DNA of 64,000 nucleotides. It comes from Antedon mediterranea (taxonomy: Eukaryota > Animalia > Echinodermata). The stretch lies in the NCBI RefSeq assembly GCF_964355755.1, contig NC_092670.1:4454201-4518200 (forward strand). Reading direction: 5' to 3'. Within the stretch, counting starts at the first letter, position 1, and every line of letters begins with the position of its first letter. The notes under the pieces were generated by a model. The model made no database searches and had not been told where the DNA came from. It was given only the letters and a program-made list of their open reading frames with translations. Positions 61,331 to 64,000 of this stretch are shown in pieces. The translations under genes and the position numbers were made by a program.

Positions 61331-62493
61331 GTATTTACAAACAATTACAAAATTTAACTTGTTATATATTTAAAAATTACAAATACATTTATATATTGAG
61401 ATCAATTTTGTTTTTTTGTAGCCATCAGTTTTGAAATGAAAATGAATGAAAAAAATTGCTTCAACTGAGAGGCACTCTGCATTTAGAATTAGTAGACGCA
61501 CTAAAAAGCTGTAAGCACTTGCAATAAGCCAAGGGTGTCTACTTACAGGGGGTTGAACCGCAAAATGCTTTATAAATCGTAAATATAATATCATCATAAA
61601 GTAATTTTTTTCAGCTAATGAACTCTAAAGTTGACAGAATGGTAATGGACTTGAATTCAACTCTTGAAAATCTAAACTCCACCATTAAGCTTATGTTTTA
61701 TAACATGTGCACTATAATACATTCAATTATATCTCTATTCTTGATTTCATAAATCCAGAATTTCTTCTGCTTTTCTCGCCATACAATATATTATCAATTG
61801 TAAGCCGGCATGTGCTTGATGTTTATGATTTTCAGCCTTCATTTGCACTTACAGCTCAGCGCATGTCTTAAATTGTCCAAAACTCTTTATCTCCTTAATA
61901 AAACACCTATCATTTCTATTATCACCAGTTGGCTCGATGGGAAGTAGTTTCTTTCAACATTTGCAACTTTGAAAATGCGAGTTAAATTAAATTCCTTATT
62001 TATTGATGTATTAAAATGTTCACAACATTGTATTTCACATCTCTCAATCATTTTGTTGTGTCCGCCGATTGTGACGATGAGAAAGAATAAATTGTGCTTA
62101 ATAAGCATTTATAATCATGACTAATTGGTTTTTAAAATGTAGAATAATAATAATATTTTTGTAGCGTTGATTACATTAACTAGAAATTTCAGTCAATGTA
62201 TTCATTTCCAACTTATTTTTTTTAGAATACCATGTATGTCAGTAGGGATAGAAGACCAGTGAACTTAACGTTGACGTTGTTGCAAGAGACAGCAACCAAT
62301 ATATTTATGACCTACCAAATCAAATGATAAACTGTGGCGTCGCATTGTGAACACTCTCTGTGATGATGCACTTACTGTATGTATAAAAAATTAGTAATGC
62401 CATTTAAACTTTTTATTGAATACAGGAGAACATGAAACATGATTGAGTGTCTTTAGTGTGATCCTGATAGAGGGAGCATACGACAGACATTTC

Positions 62494-63941
62494 CAGGGGT
62501 CCCAAGTCTACCGCTACTCGCGGTAGTCTACCGCTTTTAGTACCCATCTACCGCGCTACCGCTATCTCGACGTTTTCTACCGCATTTTGATTTTTTTACC
62601 GCATTTTCAAATTTCCCCATATTTTTGGCCAAATTGATTTACGGTTACACGTACACCCAGGCTCAGCCCAGGTCAACAATAGTCAATAAATAACCAGACA
62701 AAAGTGAGGCAGGATGTTGAAACAATGTCTATTCATGCAGTCTCCGTGGTCTATTATTGTATTTTTATTTGTATGCACTGCCTTTGTTAAACCGTAACAA
62801 TAATATAAACATGCACGGTACTACACGCCGGACGTAGAAAAAAAAAGAAGCGTGCAACCAACCGTGAATCAATCACGTGGTCACCGGAATACGCGATTAT
62901 CAATTTTGGGACGATCCAAGTTTTAACTAAATAAACGCTTTGATTACACAGTGGTTGAGACACGTTTTTAATAGTTATTACATTTTTAAACACCCTCATA
63001 ATTAATGGACTGCAAAAAAGAACAACAGATCGCACATCGCACGAGGTTGTTGAGGCGGTGTTTTATTTGGTTTTACTGTACGATCCGATAATACGAACAT
63101 GTTAAAAGGATTTAAAGGGCATGGATTCGCCAAGCAAGTAGGCCTACGTTTAATACAAATTTACCTAAGATTGTCGTAAGCTCTTTTGTTCAAACTTGTT
63201 ATTTATATAGCAATAATCCACCCGTTCCGGCATGCACGCTAGGCCTCTATTCTAGCCTAGGCTAGGCCTACTCTTCGATCGATCGATGTCGATGGTGGGG
63301 AATTTCCCAGCGATAAGAAATCGGCGAAATAGCTCATAAACGGCCTACATTTTAATGTTATATCTTTAATGCCAGTGTAATTACGTATGGATAAAACAAT
63401 ATAAAACTCAATGTTTTTCATCTGAAATAATATGTTAACTCGCGTAATGTAGCATAAGACGGATTCGGAATAGTTATTTCTTATTATTATTTTTTTAGGG
63501 GGTTTTAAAATGGTAGCTAGCTAGGGCCTAGTAGAAGCCCTAGGCCTGTGCCTAAAAAAAAAGAGTAAATTCTATTGGGCAAAACTATTATGTGTTTATT
63601 GTACATTATGTAATTAAATTAAATTATTTTATATACTGAATTTTAGTTAAAATACAGTATATATTTTTAAAATTCTTTGTACTGAGGATGTGTCCATAAA
63701 AAAAAAAAGAATGTAAAATTAAAAATACTGATGGATAAACCTATGTAAAAATTAAGCCAACTTATGTGTAAATATTGTATATACTGTATAATGTAACATA
63801 GTTTAGTTAATTATAAGAGACGTAAACGACACGCGTGTTGATTTTCGATTCCCCGCGCGTTGACTTTCGACGCCCCGACGAATTGAATGTGGTTCACGAC
63901 AAAATCTCCTGCGAATGGACTTTCCCAAGTTGGGACCTCTG
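62494..63941. mobile_element. Non-autonomous hAT-like element with a 6-bp TSD
   Basis: TIR CAGGGGTCCCAA / TTGGGACCTCTG; TSD CATTTC at 62488-93 and 63942-47; subterminal (C)TACCGC repeats at 62508-62602. Confidence 0.7.
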
Positions 63942-64000
63942 CATTTCTATCTGTGATGATGCATCTATGTATAACAAAAAAATTATTAGTAATGCCATTT

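Noticed and set aside
61440-62090. Possible decayed transposase remnant
   Set aside because: Only vague similarity; too degenerate to support by eye.
63835-63962. Candidate ADCY C1b exon (VPTWESPFAG...)
   Set aside because: Spans the right TIR and TSD of the hAT-like insertion, so it is TE sequence.

Overview
AT-rich, intron-containing animal genomic DNA; an invertebrate deuterostome such as an echinoderm is inferred from gene and TE content, not proven. Three protein-coding genes were reconstructed by hand from splice sites. (1) A 3-coding-exon kisspeptin-type (KISS1R/GPR54-like) GPCR on + (4679-18001, 352 aa). (2) A complete 16-exon CCDC93 on - (47926-27528, 630 aa). (3) The last 8 exons of an ADCY5/6-like membrane adenylate cyclase on - (59450-52569; the 5' part lies beyond the window). 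GPCR intron 1 (10.8 kb) is a stack of transposons: an internally deleted AcademX-type element (XPG nuclease plus Cys-rich tail, spliceosomal introns, ~735-bp arms), two further TAG-ended foldback elements, MITEs and a 5'-truncated RTE-clade LINE. The rest of the window holds Harbinger, piggyBac, Kolobok and hAT-like MITEs, SINE/LINE remnants and several minisatellites. The most unusual observations are a 19-copy tandem amplification of a CCDC93 exon/5'-splice-site junction, an Academ arm that preserves the ancestral intact reading frame lost from the sense copy, several minimal hammerhead-ribozyme-like motifs, and a repeat anchored on the adenylate cyclase stop codon. All calls come from reading the sequence; no searches were run.
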